Assembly: GCF_001447785.1 (NCBI RefSeq)
Contig: NW_015177038.1
Location: forward strand, 293,454 to 348,196
Reading direction: 5' to 3'
DNA from: Gekko japonicus
Taxonomy: Eukaryota
Length of the DNA: 54,743 nucleotides
A model generated the notes under the pieces. The model searched no databases. It was not told where the DNA came from and saw nothing but the letters and a program-made list of their open reading frames with translations. The position numbers were made by a program, and so were the translations under genes. Of this stretch, positions 34,386-45,712 are shown in pieces (within the stretch, counting starts at the first letter, position 1; each line of letters begins with the position of its first letter).

Positions 34386-34639
34386 TGGGTTTCATAAAGA
34401 AAAGCTGTATCTGAAATAGAAAATCCTAATTAGTGGAATTAATTTAAAACAGGGCTTACCGTATTATGCACAATGTATTGCTTTGAAATAGATAAACAGT
34501 GGTCACACTGTCTGAAAGTCAGCACACACCCAAAACTCTTGTGTACATGAACTCTCCCATTCATTTCAGTAGAAGGAAGAATGCTGTTTCAGGCTGAAGT
34601 ACAAACTTTCCAACCAGGTACAACAACCCTGCCTTTAAC

Positions 34640-35062
34640 AGGGCTGTGGCTCAGTGGCAGAGCATCTGCTTGGCATGCAGAAGGTTCCATGTTCTATCTC
34701 TGGCAACTCCTGTTAAAAAAGATCAGGTCAGTACTCCCTCTAAGCTGTGCAGTCTTGTGAGCAAACATTCTACTTTGTGAGCTACTGGCATTAAAGTTGT
34801 GAGCGAGCAGTTTGGCTACTGCATAAATTAGTCTGCTCTGGAGCCATCCTTCCTGAGCTAAGACAAAAATGTGTGAGCCGGAGGCTAAAAAACTGTGCTA
34901 ACTCACACTAACTCAGCTTAGAGGGAACACTGGATCAGGTATTAGGTAATGTGAAGCATCCCTTCCAGGGACCCTGGAGAGCCTCTGCCAGTCTGAGTAG
35001 ACGATACTGACTTTGATGGACCAAGGGTCTGATTCAGTATAAGGCAGCTTCATGTGTTCATG
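34640..35062 (+). mobile_element. tRNA-derived SINE (Squam2/AnolisSINE2-like), interrupted by a hAT MITE
   Basis: GGGCTGTGGCTCAGTGGCAGAGCATCTGCTTGGCATGCAGAAGG head; GATGGACCAAGGGTCTGATTCAGTATAAGGCAGCTTCATGTG tail. Confidence 0.8.
34729..34932 (-). mobile_element. hAT MITE (CAGTGTTCCCTCTAAG family)
   Basis: TIRs plus perfect 8-bp TSD GATCAGGT. Confidence 0.92.
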
Positions 35063-35964
35063 ATATGCAAACATTTTGCAAGTGATCAAGCTGATTTTCA
35101 CACATCACACTATTTTTTTTTAAATGTAAGCATTTCTACTCCACTGTTCTTCTCAGTGGGGCCCCAAAGCATATTACAAAAGAAACACAAACATAGAATA
35201 TAAACAAACAAACATACAGAACTCCAGCATCTCAGAGTCCTATATCCACTGTCTTGGCATATTGGTGGTTGTGAGTCATAGGCTAAGAACCAATGGCCGA
35301 GAGTGCTTTGGCCCGTGTCAAAAGGCTCTCACCTCTGGCCACCTCTAAGTTCAGATAACTGTAATAACAAAGAAGAGTACAGTAGCTCAGTCTAGATCTC
35401 ACTTGGCTGGCAGCGATGTTCCCAAACTTCTTTCCCTGCTAGAAGAACCTCTGGCCACAACCAGGTTTAAAATATAGAAAAGTACATGTTTACTCAAATG
35501 CAAGAAAAGGGTCCCCCCCCCAGGTATGTCATTTAAAAAAAGAGGGTGTTGTCTTAAATTCGCACACAAGTTTCAGTTATGTCCAATAACAACAACAAAA
35601 GTTATGTAGAACATTTTTAAAAGGGGTCATCTTATGTTCAGGGTTGTCTTCCTTTTGAGTAAAGGTAGGGAATAAAAGCTCAGCCCAGTTCTCACTCAGC
35701 TGGCAGTGATGTTCCCAAATTCCCTACCCAATTCATTTTTTCTGGCTGCTTAGCAACCCTGTAATCACAAAATAATTTAATTGCTCTAAATTATTTGTTA
35801 ATGGGCTCCAGATCACTGCCAGGACAATAAATATAATACCCAAATATGAAAATGGAATATTAACAGGATTTTAAATGGAAATGAATATTATTTATTTCTG
35901 ATCCCATTGCTATGTATTATTCTGTCAATTCAATATTTTTAGCTTTCTGAACCTGGGCAGGTTA

Positions 35965-36090
35965 TTCAAAAGTGGTTGCATTAGTCTGTAAAGAAAATAT
36001 TAAAAGTCTAGTTGTACCTTCAAAACCAACTTGTCTTTTTATTTTCAGAGCATGAGGTTTTGTAGACTGTTACATGATTCATCAGATGCT
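35965..36090. mobile_element. Penelope-like element terminal fragment
   Basis: TTAGTCTG...AAGTCTAGTTGTACCTTCAAAACCAAC...TTCATCAGATGC pattern; similar pieces at ~11270 and ~49384. Confidence 0.5.
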
Positions 36091-36377
36091 GGTGGAACAG
36101 CCATACTACATCGAACTGATTACAGAAAGGGCGGTGTCCATGCACCAGTTACTCCTGACTCCAGCCCAATGATCCAACTGAGGAGTAAAAGAGAATTTTA
36201 AAAGATCTTGATGTTTCTGACAAATAACAGCAGACACCATCATCACAACCCCCCCCCCCATCCAAGCACTTCTTATCAGCTACCTAAGATTCATAAGGAA
36301 GAAGTTCTAGGCTATTTTATAATCGAAAAAAATGACTGGAGGAGTATCTGGTCAGATCAATACCAGTGTCAGACCAT

Positions 36378-37152
36378 GGGTGTGATCACATGAGCAGTTT
36401 GGCCCGACATAGCCACCCCTCCCCTCCGGATCAAATGGGTGCAGTTACACAGCCACATCTGTCAGGCATTCCCCGGGCATACTCACCCCATCCTAGGATG
36501 ACTTGGAGCTGGGTTAAAAAGGCACCACACCACAAGTGGTGTTTTTGGTTCCCTGCACATTCATTGCTCATAGCCTGAATGCGAGGGAGTGTGGGCAGAA
36601 TGGACTGGCGGTCTGAACCTGCAGCTCCATTCCTACTGCTAGGGCAGGTGCTTTTGAATTTTTGCCTATATGTGTGTGTGCGTGCATGTGCATGAGCACA
36701 TGTGCATATGTGTGCCCATGTGCACATATGCGGGTGCTTGATGGCACATGCATGTGCATGCATTTTGAAAAATGACTGGGCAGCGCACTCCGTGGCTGAG
36801 GCGCTGCAGTAATGTGGATGCTTGACCACAGGATGTCCACATGGGTAACCCGCAGCAGGGTTATGCCCCGCAACCAGTGTTCCCTCTAAGCTGAGTTAGT
36901 GTGAGCCAGCTCACAGTTTTTTAGCCTCTGGCTCACACATTTTTGCCTTCGCTCAGGAAGGATGGCTCCAGAGCAAACTGATTTATGCCGTAGCCAAATT
37001 GCTCGCTCACAGCTTTAATGCCAGGAGCTCACAAAGTAGAATTTTTGCTCACAAGACTCCACAGCTTAGAGGGAACATTGCCCGCAACACTTTAAACTGG
37101 TACAATTAGAGGCAGTGCCATATCGCGCCAAGCCACCAGTGTGACCACAGCC
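36378..37152. mobile_element. PIF/Harbinger-like element with related TIRs, interrupted by a hAT MITE
   Basis: GGGTGTGATCACA / GTGTGACCACAGCC termini; 3-bp TSD CAT. Confidence 0.7.
36875..37080 (+). mobile_element. hAT MITE (CAGTGTTCCCTCTAAG family)
   Basis: TIRs plus perfect 8-bp TSD CCCGCAAC. Confidence 0.92.
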
Positions 37153-37408
37153 CATATGTGTTAAATGCATCCAGGTATGATAATGCAGACTTCCTGATTA
37201 AGTTTACAACCATAAAAGATTTCCCACAAGGAACTGTCGTCAGCACTATATACTAACTTCACCCATGAAGATGGACTGCAGAGGCAATTGTTCATGCCAT
37301 TCCAGATGGCATCTGTTCAAACCACTACTGAACTGTTATGCTTTCTACTCACCTATGGTTGTTATGGATACAGAGATAACATTAATTTATGAATCCAGAT
37401 CACTGCCA

Positions 37409-39227
37409 AGACAATAAATATAATACCCAAATATGAAAACTTATTTATAGCTGATCTACAGCCATGCTTTCTGAAGAAACACCATGTGACTCCCGGAGTG
37501 TATCTCAGAAATACAGACATGTTCCTAGTGTAGATGTTCCTAATGTAGATTCAGGCTGTTGAATCATTCAAGATACTAAATCAGGATTCACCTCCATCCA
37601 CAAAACTACTACTTTGAGCCCTACCTATTCCACATATGACATATATTTGCTAGGCACCTTAACTGAGTTTGTGAAATAATTCGGAAGCCAGACAGGAAGC
37701 CATGCATTATAATTGTGCATGCTCGAATGTACAGAATCATGATGGAACATCTGAGACAAAAAAAATTTAGAAACAGAAATATATTGCTGGAAGGGACCTC
37801 AAGTATTTAAAGGTGGAATAGATGTTTAATATTATGGTGAAAGCTGTACAAGCAAAAAGCCCCACAACAGCCAGAAAAGCAAACTAAAAAAACAAACCCT
37901 CATACATACCTTCATCCATCCATTACCAAGAGAAGAGTTTGGAGACAATAAATATAATACCCAAATATGAAAACTTATTTATAGCTGATCTACAGCCATG
38001 CTTTCTGAAGAAACACCATGTGACTCCCGGAGTGTATCTCAGAAATACAGACATGTTCCTAGTGTAGATGTTCCTAATGTAGATTCAGGCTGTTGAATCA
38101 TTCAAGATACTAAATCAGGATTCACCTCCATCCACAAAACTACTACTTTGAGCCCTACCTATTCCACATATGACATATATTTGCTAGGCACCTTAACTGA
38201 GTTTGTGAAATCATTAAACATAAAGGTCCAAGCTTTGAAGGTAGTTCTGTGATGGTACCACACACCGGCCAAACTCCACCAGATTAATAAATTATACTCA
38301 CCTGTTTGTTGGCGATCATGTAGTGAAATTGCCACATACTATCACTGCTGGTGGACTTGCAAAACAATCAGGAATTTCTGGTCTTTAATCTTACGAAACG
38401 TTCAAAAAATAACCAACATAACTCTACCTCTCTCACCCACTCTCATATTATTAGATTTATGGGATGATTTGGAAATCCCCCAAAGTTCATAAAGACCTTA
38501 TTTCCTTGCTGTTAATGGCAGCCGAATCCGTAATTGCCAGAAATTGGAAGAGCACCAACTCGCTAACTTTACACCAATGGTACATGCAAATATGGGAATT
38601 TTACACAACGGAGAAAACAGCAATCTCCTCACCCCCATCCAACACTTATAAAGCTCAATCTTTGTTTTATACCAAATGGTTACCATTCCTAGAAGCAGCA
38701 TTTACTGATAACATCGTACCTGCTAACACTATTCCTAAAAGGTATATTGAAATTATTTTAACACTGTGATATAATCAGAGGTGTAAAGAAATATCCACAA
38801 ATTTACGCCATCCAATTTTTTTTACTGATGTATGCCCTATCGCTTTTTGTCAAAACAATTATCTTGTTTTATTGTATGTTCTGTGTGATAATGTTTACTT
38901 TTGATGTTCTGAACTTGTTAAAACTTAAAAGTTATAAATAATTTTTTTTTAAATAATAATTCGGAAGCCAGACAGGAAGCCATGCATTATAATTGTGCAT
39001 TCTCGAATGTACAGAATCATGATGGAATATCTGAGACAAAAAATCTTTAGAAACATAAAAATATATTGCTGGAAAGGACCTCAAGTATTTAAAGGTGGAA
39101 TAAATGTTTAAAATTATGGTGAAAGCTGCACAAGCAAAAAGCCCCACAATAACAGCCAGAAAAGCAAACTAAAAAAGGAAACCCTCATACATACCTTTAT
39201 CCATCCATTACCAAGAGAAGAGTTTGG
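37409..39227. repeat. Tandem duplication of a ~534-bp unit, second copy split by an L1 fragment
   Basis: 37409-37676 = 37943-38210; 37677-37942 similar to 38957-39227. Confidence 0.92.
38211..38950 (+). mobile_element. L1-clade LINE 3' fragment
   Basis: Translates WYHTPAKLHQINKLYSPVCWRSCSEIATYYHCWWTC (ORF2 CCHC knuckle) then LLMAAESVIARNWK...KWLPF. Confidence 0.85.
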
Positions 39228-39559
39228 GTCCTTGATGAGGTAGACTGCCAGCGTTCAGTAGAAAGCTACCTTGGGAATCCTGTTTGGGGGGAAAGGCAGC
39301 ATAGAAAGGTTTTAAATAAAGAAATAAAATAGAAAGGTCTCATGTTTTTCTGACTTATTTTAATCAAAATTATGCTCCTGATACTCACTGTTAATGGCAG
39401 CCGAATCCGTAATAGCAGCAGCTATTCCCTGACAAGCAGCCGTACCAAGTCTGAGGGAAATCCTTCTATCTAACTTCAATTATCTGTACCAGAAATGTGT
39501 TCATTCTTTGAAATATTGGGACCTCAGTGCTGAATGAAATGATTTGAGATCAGTTGCTA

Positions 39560-39780
39560 ACACTTGAAGTCCCTGTTTGGGGAAAAGCCCAGCTCTTTAA
39601 AAACTTGTATGCTGTGGTTCTATAGCCACTATAGTGAAAGCACCTGAGGAGAAAGTTATCTTGACTTCCGTGCGGTTTCTTTGTGTCCCTCAGGCAGATT
39701 AAAATCTCCTTTTTCTGTTATAATATTTTAGAGAGTTGTTGTCTTTAAAACACTTGGTCTCAAGACTTTAATTAATGAGT
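39560..39780 (-). promoter_or_regulatory. Candidate promoter of the minus-strand OR
   Basis: O/E-like TCCCTCAGGC (39686) next to GATTA, and TAATTAATGA (39769-39778); minus-strand donor-like sites at ~39195, ~37352, ~34458. Confidence 0.3.
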
Positions 39781-40401
39781 TGTTGACAGAAATAGAAAGT
39801 ATCCCTGAAGAATTTCGCCCTCACACTCACTTTTACAGTGCAATGGGGGAGGGGGGGGAGCACACAGGTAGCCAACCAGCGCCACTATGCTGGCATACCC
39901 AAGGGATACACTGGCAGAATCTGGCAATACACCTGCAGACTGGACTGGTGCTGCTGCCCAGTACCAAGGGTGCCAAGGACTAGCATCGTACCTCTGTGGT
40001 GCCTAGCCAGAGCAGCAGCCTGGGGCATGGCATTAGTCTGATCCTTAAGCCATCCCAGATCAGGAACACCCCTTGGCAGTGGTGCATAGTTATACCTGCA
40101 AAACTTCAGGTGCAACCATAGCCGTCCATGGAGCCCAGGAAATATGCCCCTCCCCCGGCCACCATGTTCCCAGTGCCCTGAAGAGGACAGGAGGTCAATG
40201 AGCGTTGCGCCCACTGGCCTCCATCTTATTCCCTCCCCTCCAGCCAATGATGGCACCCAGCAGACATTATAAACCTCAATTTGCACAGAGGTGGAGGAAG
40301 ACGCTGCTGTATGGACTGGTGGTGGAGTGTGCTAATGTGGCCCTTGCCACCACCAGAGTTGCTCTGCAACTGCTCACTGCCATGCCTTCTGGAGCATGGC
40401 A

Positions 40402-40632
40402 NNNNNNNNNNNNNNNNNNNNNNNNNNNNNNNNNNNNNNNNNNNNNNNNNNNNNNNNNNNNNNNNNNNNNNNNNNNNNNNNNNNNNNNNNNNNNNNNNNN
40501 NNNNNNNNNNNNNNNNNNNNNNNNNNNNNNNNNNNNNNNNNNNNNNNNNNNNNNNNNNNNNNNNNNNNNNNNNNNNNNNNNNNNNNNNNNNNNNNNNNNN
40601 NNNNNNNNNNNNNNNNNNNNNNNNNNNNNNNN
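40402..40632. other. Assembly gap
   Basis: N run. Confidence 1.
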
Positions 40633-40887
40633 AGTGGGGAATCAAACCTGGTTCTCCCAGATTAGAGAACATAAGAACATAAGAACATAAGAGATGCCAA
40701 TGTTGGATCAGGCCAAAGGCCCATCCAGTCCAACACTCTGTATCCCACAGTGGCCAGAAATACCAGTGCCATCAGGAGGTCCACCAGTGGGGCCAGGACA
40801 TTAGAAGCCCTCCCACTGTTGACCCCCCCCCAAGCACCAAGATGACAGAGCATCACTTGCCCCAGAGTCCCTATCTATACCTTGTGG

Positions 40888-42462
40888 CTAATAGCCACTG
40901 ATGGACCTCTGCTCCATATGCTTATCTAATTCCCTTTTGAAGCCGTCCATGCTTGTAGCTGCCACCACTTCCTGTGGCAGTGAATTCCAAGTGTTAATCA
41001 CTCTTTGGGTGAAGAAGTACTTCCTTTTATCCGTTCTAACCCGACCGCTCAGCAATTTCATGGAGTGCCCACGGGTTCTTGTATTGTGAGAAAGGGAGAA
41101 AAGTACCTCTTTCTCTACCTGCTCTTTCCCATGCATAATCTTATAAACCTCAATCATGTCACCCCTCAGTCGTCGTTTCTCCAAGCTAAAGAGCCCTAAG
41201 CGCTTTAACCTTTCCTCATAGGGAAAGTGTTCCAACCCTTTTATCATTCGAGTTGCTCTTTTCTGCACTTTTTCCAAAGCTATAATATCCTTTTTAAGGT
41301 GTGGTGACCAGAATTGCACACAGTATTCCAGATGAGGTCGCACCATTGATTTATATAGCGGCATTATGATATTGGCTGATCTGTTTACAATACCCTTCCT
41401 AATAATCCCCAGCATAGCATTGGCCTTCTTTATTGCAGTCACACACTGTCTCGACATTTTCAGTGAGTTATCTACTACAACTCCAAGATCTCTCTCTTGA
41501 TCTGTCTCTGCCAGTTCAGACCCCATCAACGTGTATTTATAGTTAGGATTTTTGGCTCCAATGTGCATCACCTTGCACTTGGCCACATTGAACCCCATTT
41601 GCCATGTTGACGCCCACTCGCCCATCTTTGACAGATCCCTTTGGAGTGCCTCACAATCCTCACTGGTTTTCACCACCCTGAACAACTTCGTATCATCCGC
41701 AAATTTAGCCACTTCACTGCTTACTCCCAACTCCAAATCATTAATGAACAAGTTAAAAAGCAGTGGACCAAGTACTGATCCCTGTGGTACCCCACTGCTT
41801 ACACCCCTCCACTGGGAGAACTGCCCATTTATACTCACTCTCTGTTTTCTATTAATTAGCCAGTTTTTGATCCATAAAAGGACTTGTCCTTTTATCCCAT
41901 GATTTTTGAGCTTACTTAGGAGCCTTTGATGAGGAACTTTATCAAAAGCTTTCTGGAAGTCAAGGTAAACAATATCTATTGGATCCCCCTTGTCCACATG
42001 TTTGTTCACCCCCTCAAAGAACATTAACAGGTTAGTGAGACAAGATCTTCCCTTACAGAACCCATGTTGAGTCTGCCTCAATAGGTTTTGTTCATCTATG
42101 TGCCTACTAATTCTTTCCTTAATAATGGTTTCCACCAATTTACCCGGTATCGACGTCAGACTGACTGGCCTGTAATTTCCCGGATCTCCTCTGGAACCCT
42201 TTTTAAAGATGGAAGTGACATTTGCTACCTTCCGGTTCTCAGGAATGGAGGCTGATTTTAAGGAGAGATTACATATTTTTGTCAGGAGATCCACAAGTTC
42301 ACATTTGAGTTCTTTCAGAACTCTCGGATGTATGCCATCTGGGCCTGGTGATTTATCAGTTTTTAAGTTGTCTATCAGTTTTAGGACCTCCTCTCTCGTC
42401 ACCTCAATCTGACTCAGGTCTTTCAACACCCCTCCCGAACTCAGCGGTTCTGGACTGGGCAA
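40888..42462 (-). CDS. CR1 ORF2 reverse transcriptase domain (partial, open frame)
   Basis: KSPGPDG, NYRPVSLTS, QHGF, DFQKAFD, GVPQGSVLGP, FADD, RDLGV. Confidence 0.93.
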   Translation of the reverse strand: MPSPEPLSSGGVLKDLSQIEVTREEVLKLIDNLKTDKSPGPDGIHPRVLKELKCELVDLLTKICNLSLKSASIPENRKVANVTSIFKKGSRGDPGNYRPVSLTSIPGKLVETIIKERISRHIDEQNLLRQTQHGFCKGRSCLTNLLMFFEGVNKHVDKGDPIDIVYLDFQKAFDKVPHQRLLSKLKNHGIKGQVLLWIKNWLINRKQRVSINGQFSQWRGVSSGVPQGSVLGPLLFNLFINDLELGVSSEVAKFADDTKLFRVVKTSEDCEALQRDLSKMGEWASTWQMGFNVAKCKVMHIGAKNPNYKYTLMGSELAETDQERDLGVVVDNSLKMSRQCVTAIKKANAMLGIIRKGIVNRSANIIMPLYKSMVRPHLEYCVQFWSPHLKKDIIALEKVQKRATRMIKGLEHFPYEERLKRLGLFSLEKRRLRGDMIEVYKIMHGKEQVEKEVLFSLSHNTRTRGHSMKLLSGRVRTDKRKYFFTQRVINTWNSLPQEVVAATSMDGFKRELDKHMEQRSISGY

Positions 42463-42742
42463 GCACTTCTCATCTCTTCCACAGTGAAGACGGAGGCAAA
42501 AAATGCATTTAGCTTCTCAGCCATTTCCCTATCATCCTTCAGTACTCCTTTTACCCCTTGGTCATCCAGTGGCCCCACTGCCTCCCTGGCTGGTTTCCTG
42601 CTCCTAATGTATTTGAAGAAAGTTTTATTGTTGGTTTTTACGTTTTTTGCTATATGCTCCTCATATTCCCTTTTTGCCTGCCTGACCACAGACTTGCATT
42701 TTATTTGCCATAGCCTGTGTTCCGTTCTATCAACCTCACTGT

Positions 42743-43247
42743 GGCTGCAGTCACACGGAGCAGTAGCCACGCTACTGTGACGGAAGATAGGCGGATTTTC
42801 CGGGCACAATCTCATTGCCACATCTGGGAAGCGTAGAGGTCCCGTGGCGAACCCGAGGCTTCCCTCCGAAGATGCGCGAGGTACCTCAGAGGTACTAGTT
42901 TCCGGAAACCGCGGGACAAGGGCGGGCGTCTGATCGCGTTTCCGGTGGTATCCAGCACCCGCCCATGCACCATTGCGAAAAGGTTTCCCCCCCCCGAAGT
43001 CTGCAGGGATGCACACAAGCACCCAACAGGCCATGCACATACTTCAGGTTTAAAAAAACCAAACACAACCCCATTTGCCGTGCCGCGCCACTTCTTTGGT
43101 GCGTCGTGTGATCGGCACCTCCCCTCTAACCACGGGACCGCGACGAGACCGCGGGGGGACGCCTGATCGCGCAGTCGCGCGTTATTTCGCTGCGGGGCAA
43201 ACGGCCACACCTCCCCCCCGCGATATCCGGCCCGTGTGACCGGGGCC
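42743..43247 (+). mobile_element. CpG-rich PIF/Harbinger-like MITE
   Basis: TIRs GGCTGCAGTCACACGG / CCGTGTGACCGGGGCC; 3-bp TSD TGT; removing it restores the CR1 reading frame. Confidence 0.9.
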
Positions 43248-43475
43248 TGTGACTAGCTTTCCACTGCTTAAAGGTGCCTCCCCCTGCTGCCAGCTCACAC
43301 ATGGCCACCCTCCTGCAGGTCATTTACTCAGCAGAGGGCAATGTGCTGGGCCATCAGGTACCAGGGCCACCCAAGAGGCTGGTCTGCATGGCAGCTTGAG
43401 TATTGCAGATCTGGTTGTGGATCCAGAGGATGGGGATGTTAGGGGGCCATCCACTACTCCAAGTGACCCTCAGCA

Positions 43476-43618
43476 CATGAACACATGAAGCAGCCTTATA
43501 CTGAATCAGAACCTTGGTCCATCAAAGTCAGTATTGTCTACTCAGACTGGCATCAGCTTTCCAGGATCTGAGGTCTTTCCCATCACATACTGCCAGATCC
43601 TTTAACTGGAGATGCAGG
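43476..43618 (-). mobile_element. Squam2-like SINE 3' part
   Basis: Reverse complement of the tail of the SINE at 34640-35062. Confidence 0.75.
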
Positions 43619-45164
43619 CCATCACCCAGCCACCAAGTCCATCATTGTGAGTCCAACAGATATCAAGGCCCACGATGGGGCAGTCACCCCAAATGTGGCG
43701 GTGGCAAGGGTGGGCAAGGGTGAAGTGGCTCTGGCCACAGGGCATGGCTGTGGGGACACACTTGGCATGGGCATGCCTGCACTGGTGTGTTGCTCTCCAT
43801 TGCCTCCAAAGGCTCCATTGCTCTGACCTTCTCTGCCAGTGTCACGGAGCATCGTAGAACCCTTTTGAGGCTGTCAGTTGTCCTCTGGACCTTGAGTATT
43901 GGTAACTCCCTGGGACAACTGTGTGTGGATGAGTAATCACAGTGCTGCAGACTCCATGCCCTTGGGGCGGAGGTCGGGGGCATGAGGAAAGGGGGAGGCT
44001 GGTGGGGTGGTGCTGTGCCCTGAGCTTACCCTTGGTGCTGTGATCGGTGTGGTCTCCATGGGGGGAAGGAACTGTGAATCACTGCCCTGCCCTTGGTGAG
44101 GAGCCTGCACCCCATCACTCATCTATGCGGGCAGCCATTGAGAGTGAGTGGCTGGAGATCAGGCATAAGTGGAGGAATGCTGTGACCCAAAGTCAGCAAT
44201 GCCTAGACTGTCTCACAGCAGCTTGGATGGTGGCTACCATCTGAGCTGCTTGACTAGCTGGTGGCTCTCTCTCTCGACATGTGTGTATTGAAGGCATGCT
44301 CATAGACATGTCATCAGTAATCCCTACCCTGGCATTGCCTCTGACCCTCTGCTCCCCTCCTGTTCCACTGGCATTGGTGGGGGTTCTCAGGGGATGCCCC
44401 TTGGGCTGGCCTCAACAACATGTTGTTCTTTGCCACGAACTGTACACTTCTTTCAGCAGACCGGCACTGCAGGGATTCAGGAACAAGTTTTTTGTGGGGG
44501 TGGGAGAGAACAGAAATGAACTGTCAGCTGCTCAGTTGATCAGCTGAGAATTCACTTCTGTTCTCTTTCACTTCATCTTGCAAGGCTGGAAGGCACCAAG
44601 GACACAGCAAAGAAACCTGGAAAGGGGAGAAGAGCAGCAATTGCTTCCCCACCTCAGACTTCTTGCTTCTTGGGATGCAGTGATATTTCTGAAGGGGATC
44701 AAAAAGCTGACTCCCAGCTAATCCTTGCTCAGTTGGGAGGCAGCTGCATCTCAGTAAGGTTGGTAGACAGCAAAGGTTTTGGGGGTAGGAAATCAGAAGC
44801 CAGCTCCCACCTGATCTCTGTGATCAATTGGGAGACAACTTCTAATTGCTCCATCCTACTTCACTGTTTCCAAGAAAAGATGGGACAGTAACACTTGGGG
44901 GGGGGGGGCCTGGGACAAGAAACAGGCTCCCAGCTGATTGCTGAGAGCTGGCTTCTGACATGTTCCACATTTGCTCAAGTTGCTCAGTGGCGGTCAAATT
45001 TATCCAGAATTGGCTCACAGTGTACTTATGAGTGTTGAACATAGTATGTTTGGTTACTGAACATGCTTGCTGTGAAATTCATGGCATCTCTAGTTTTAAG
45101 GTTCTAAAAATTTGACAGTCTTATTTTTGCCTTCTAAGGACAGTAATTTCATGACTTACCAAAT

Positions 45165-45412
45165 AAACATATGGAGCAGAGGTCCATCAGTGCCTATTAG
45201 CCACAAGGTATAGAGGGAATACTCTGTCTGGGGCAGTGATGCTCTGTATTCTTAGTGCTTGGGAGGCAAGAGTTGGAGGGCTTCTGGAGTTCTGGCCCTG
45301 CTGGTGGACCTCCTGAAAGCACCTGTTTTTTTTTTGTCACTGTGTGACACAGAGTGTTGGACTGGATGGGCCATTGGCCTGATCCAACATGGCTTCTCTT
45401 ATTTTCTTATGT
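45165..45412 (+). mobile_element. CR1 LINE 3' fragment
   Basis: CATATGGAGCAGAGGTCCATCAG...TTCTTATG. Confidence 0.88.
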
Positions 45413-45712
45413 TAATATTGATTCATTGTCTGGAAAAACAAAGCCATTTGATTAAGATTTGATAAAAAATATTAATGTTCACATTAATCAGCTTCTAATT
45501 GTTTAATTCAAAAGAATCTTTTGAATTCATTAATTTAATCAAACAATAGTCAACAAAATAATGGTAGAGTGTTACACACCTGGGCATCTGACTGGGTTCT
45601 CATGTGAACTATTGTTCCACTCTTGTAAAACCCACAGGATTTTGCCACCATTTCTTTCCCCTCCATTTCTCTCAGTCTCTTATAAGATCCAGTCAAACAG
45701 GCTGAGGAAGAA

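Larger units (their letters stand above)
40668..43277 (-). mobile_element. Young 5'-truncated CR1 LINE, with a MITE inserted near its 5' end
   Basis: ORF2 homology from FKQWKASH|SEVDRTEHRLWQIKCK through RT; one frameshift at ~42470; 3' UTR and (GTTCTTAT)n tail. Confidence 0.95.

Noticed and set aside
34640-34712. tRNA gene
   Set aside because: Degenerate tRNA-like head continuing into a SINE body
42441-43040. 199-aa ORF as a novel gene
   Set aside because: Chimera of MITE sequence and CR1 ORF2
43280-44950. Harbinger Myb/SANT ORF or other coding remnant
   Set aside because: GC-rich and repeat-like, but no recognisable protein motif
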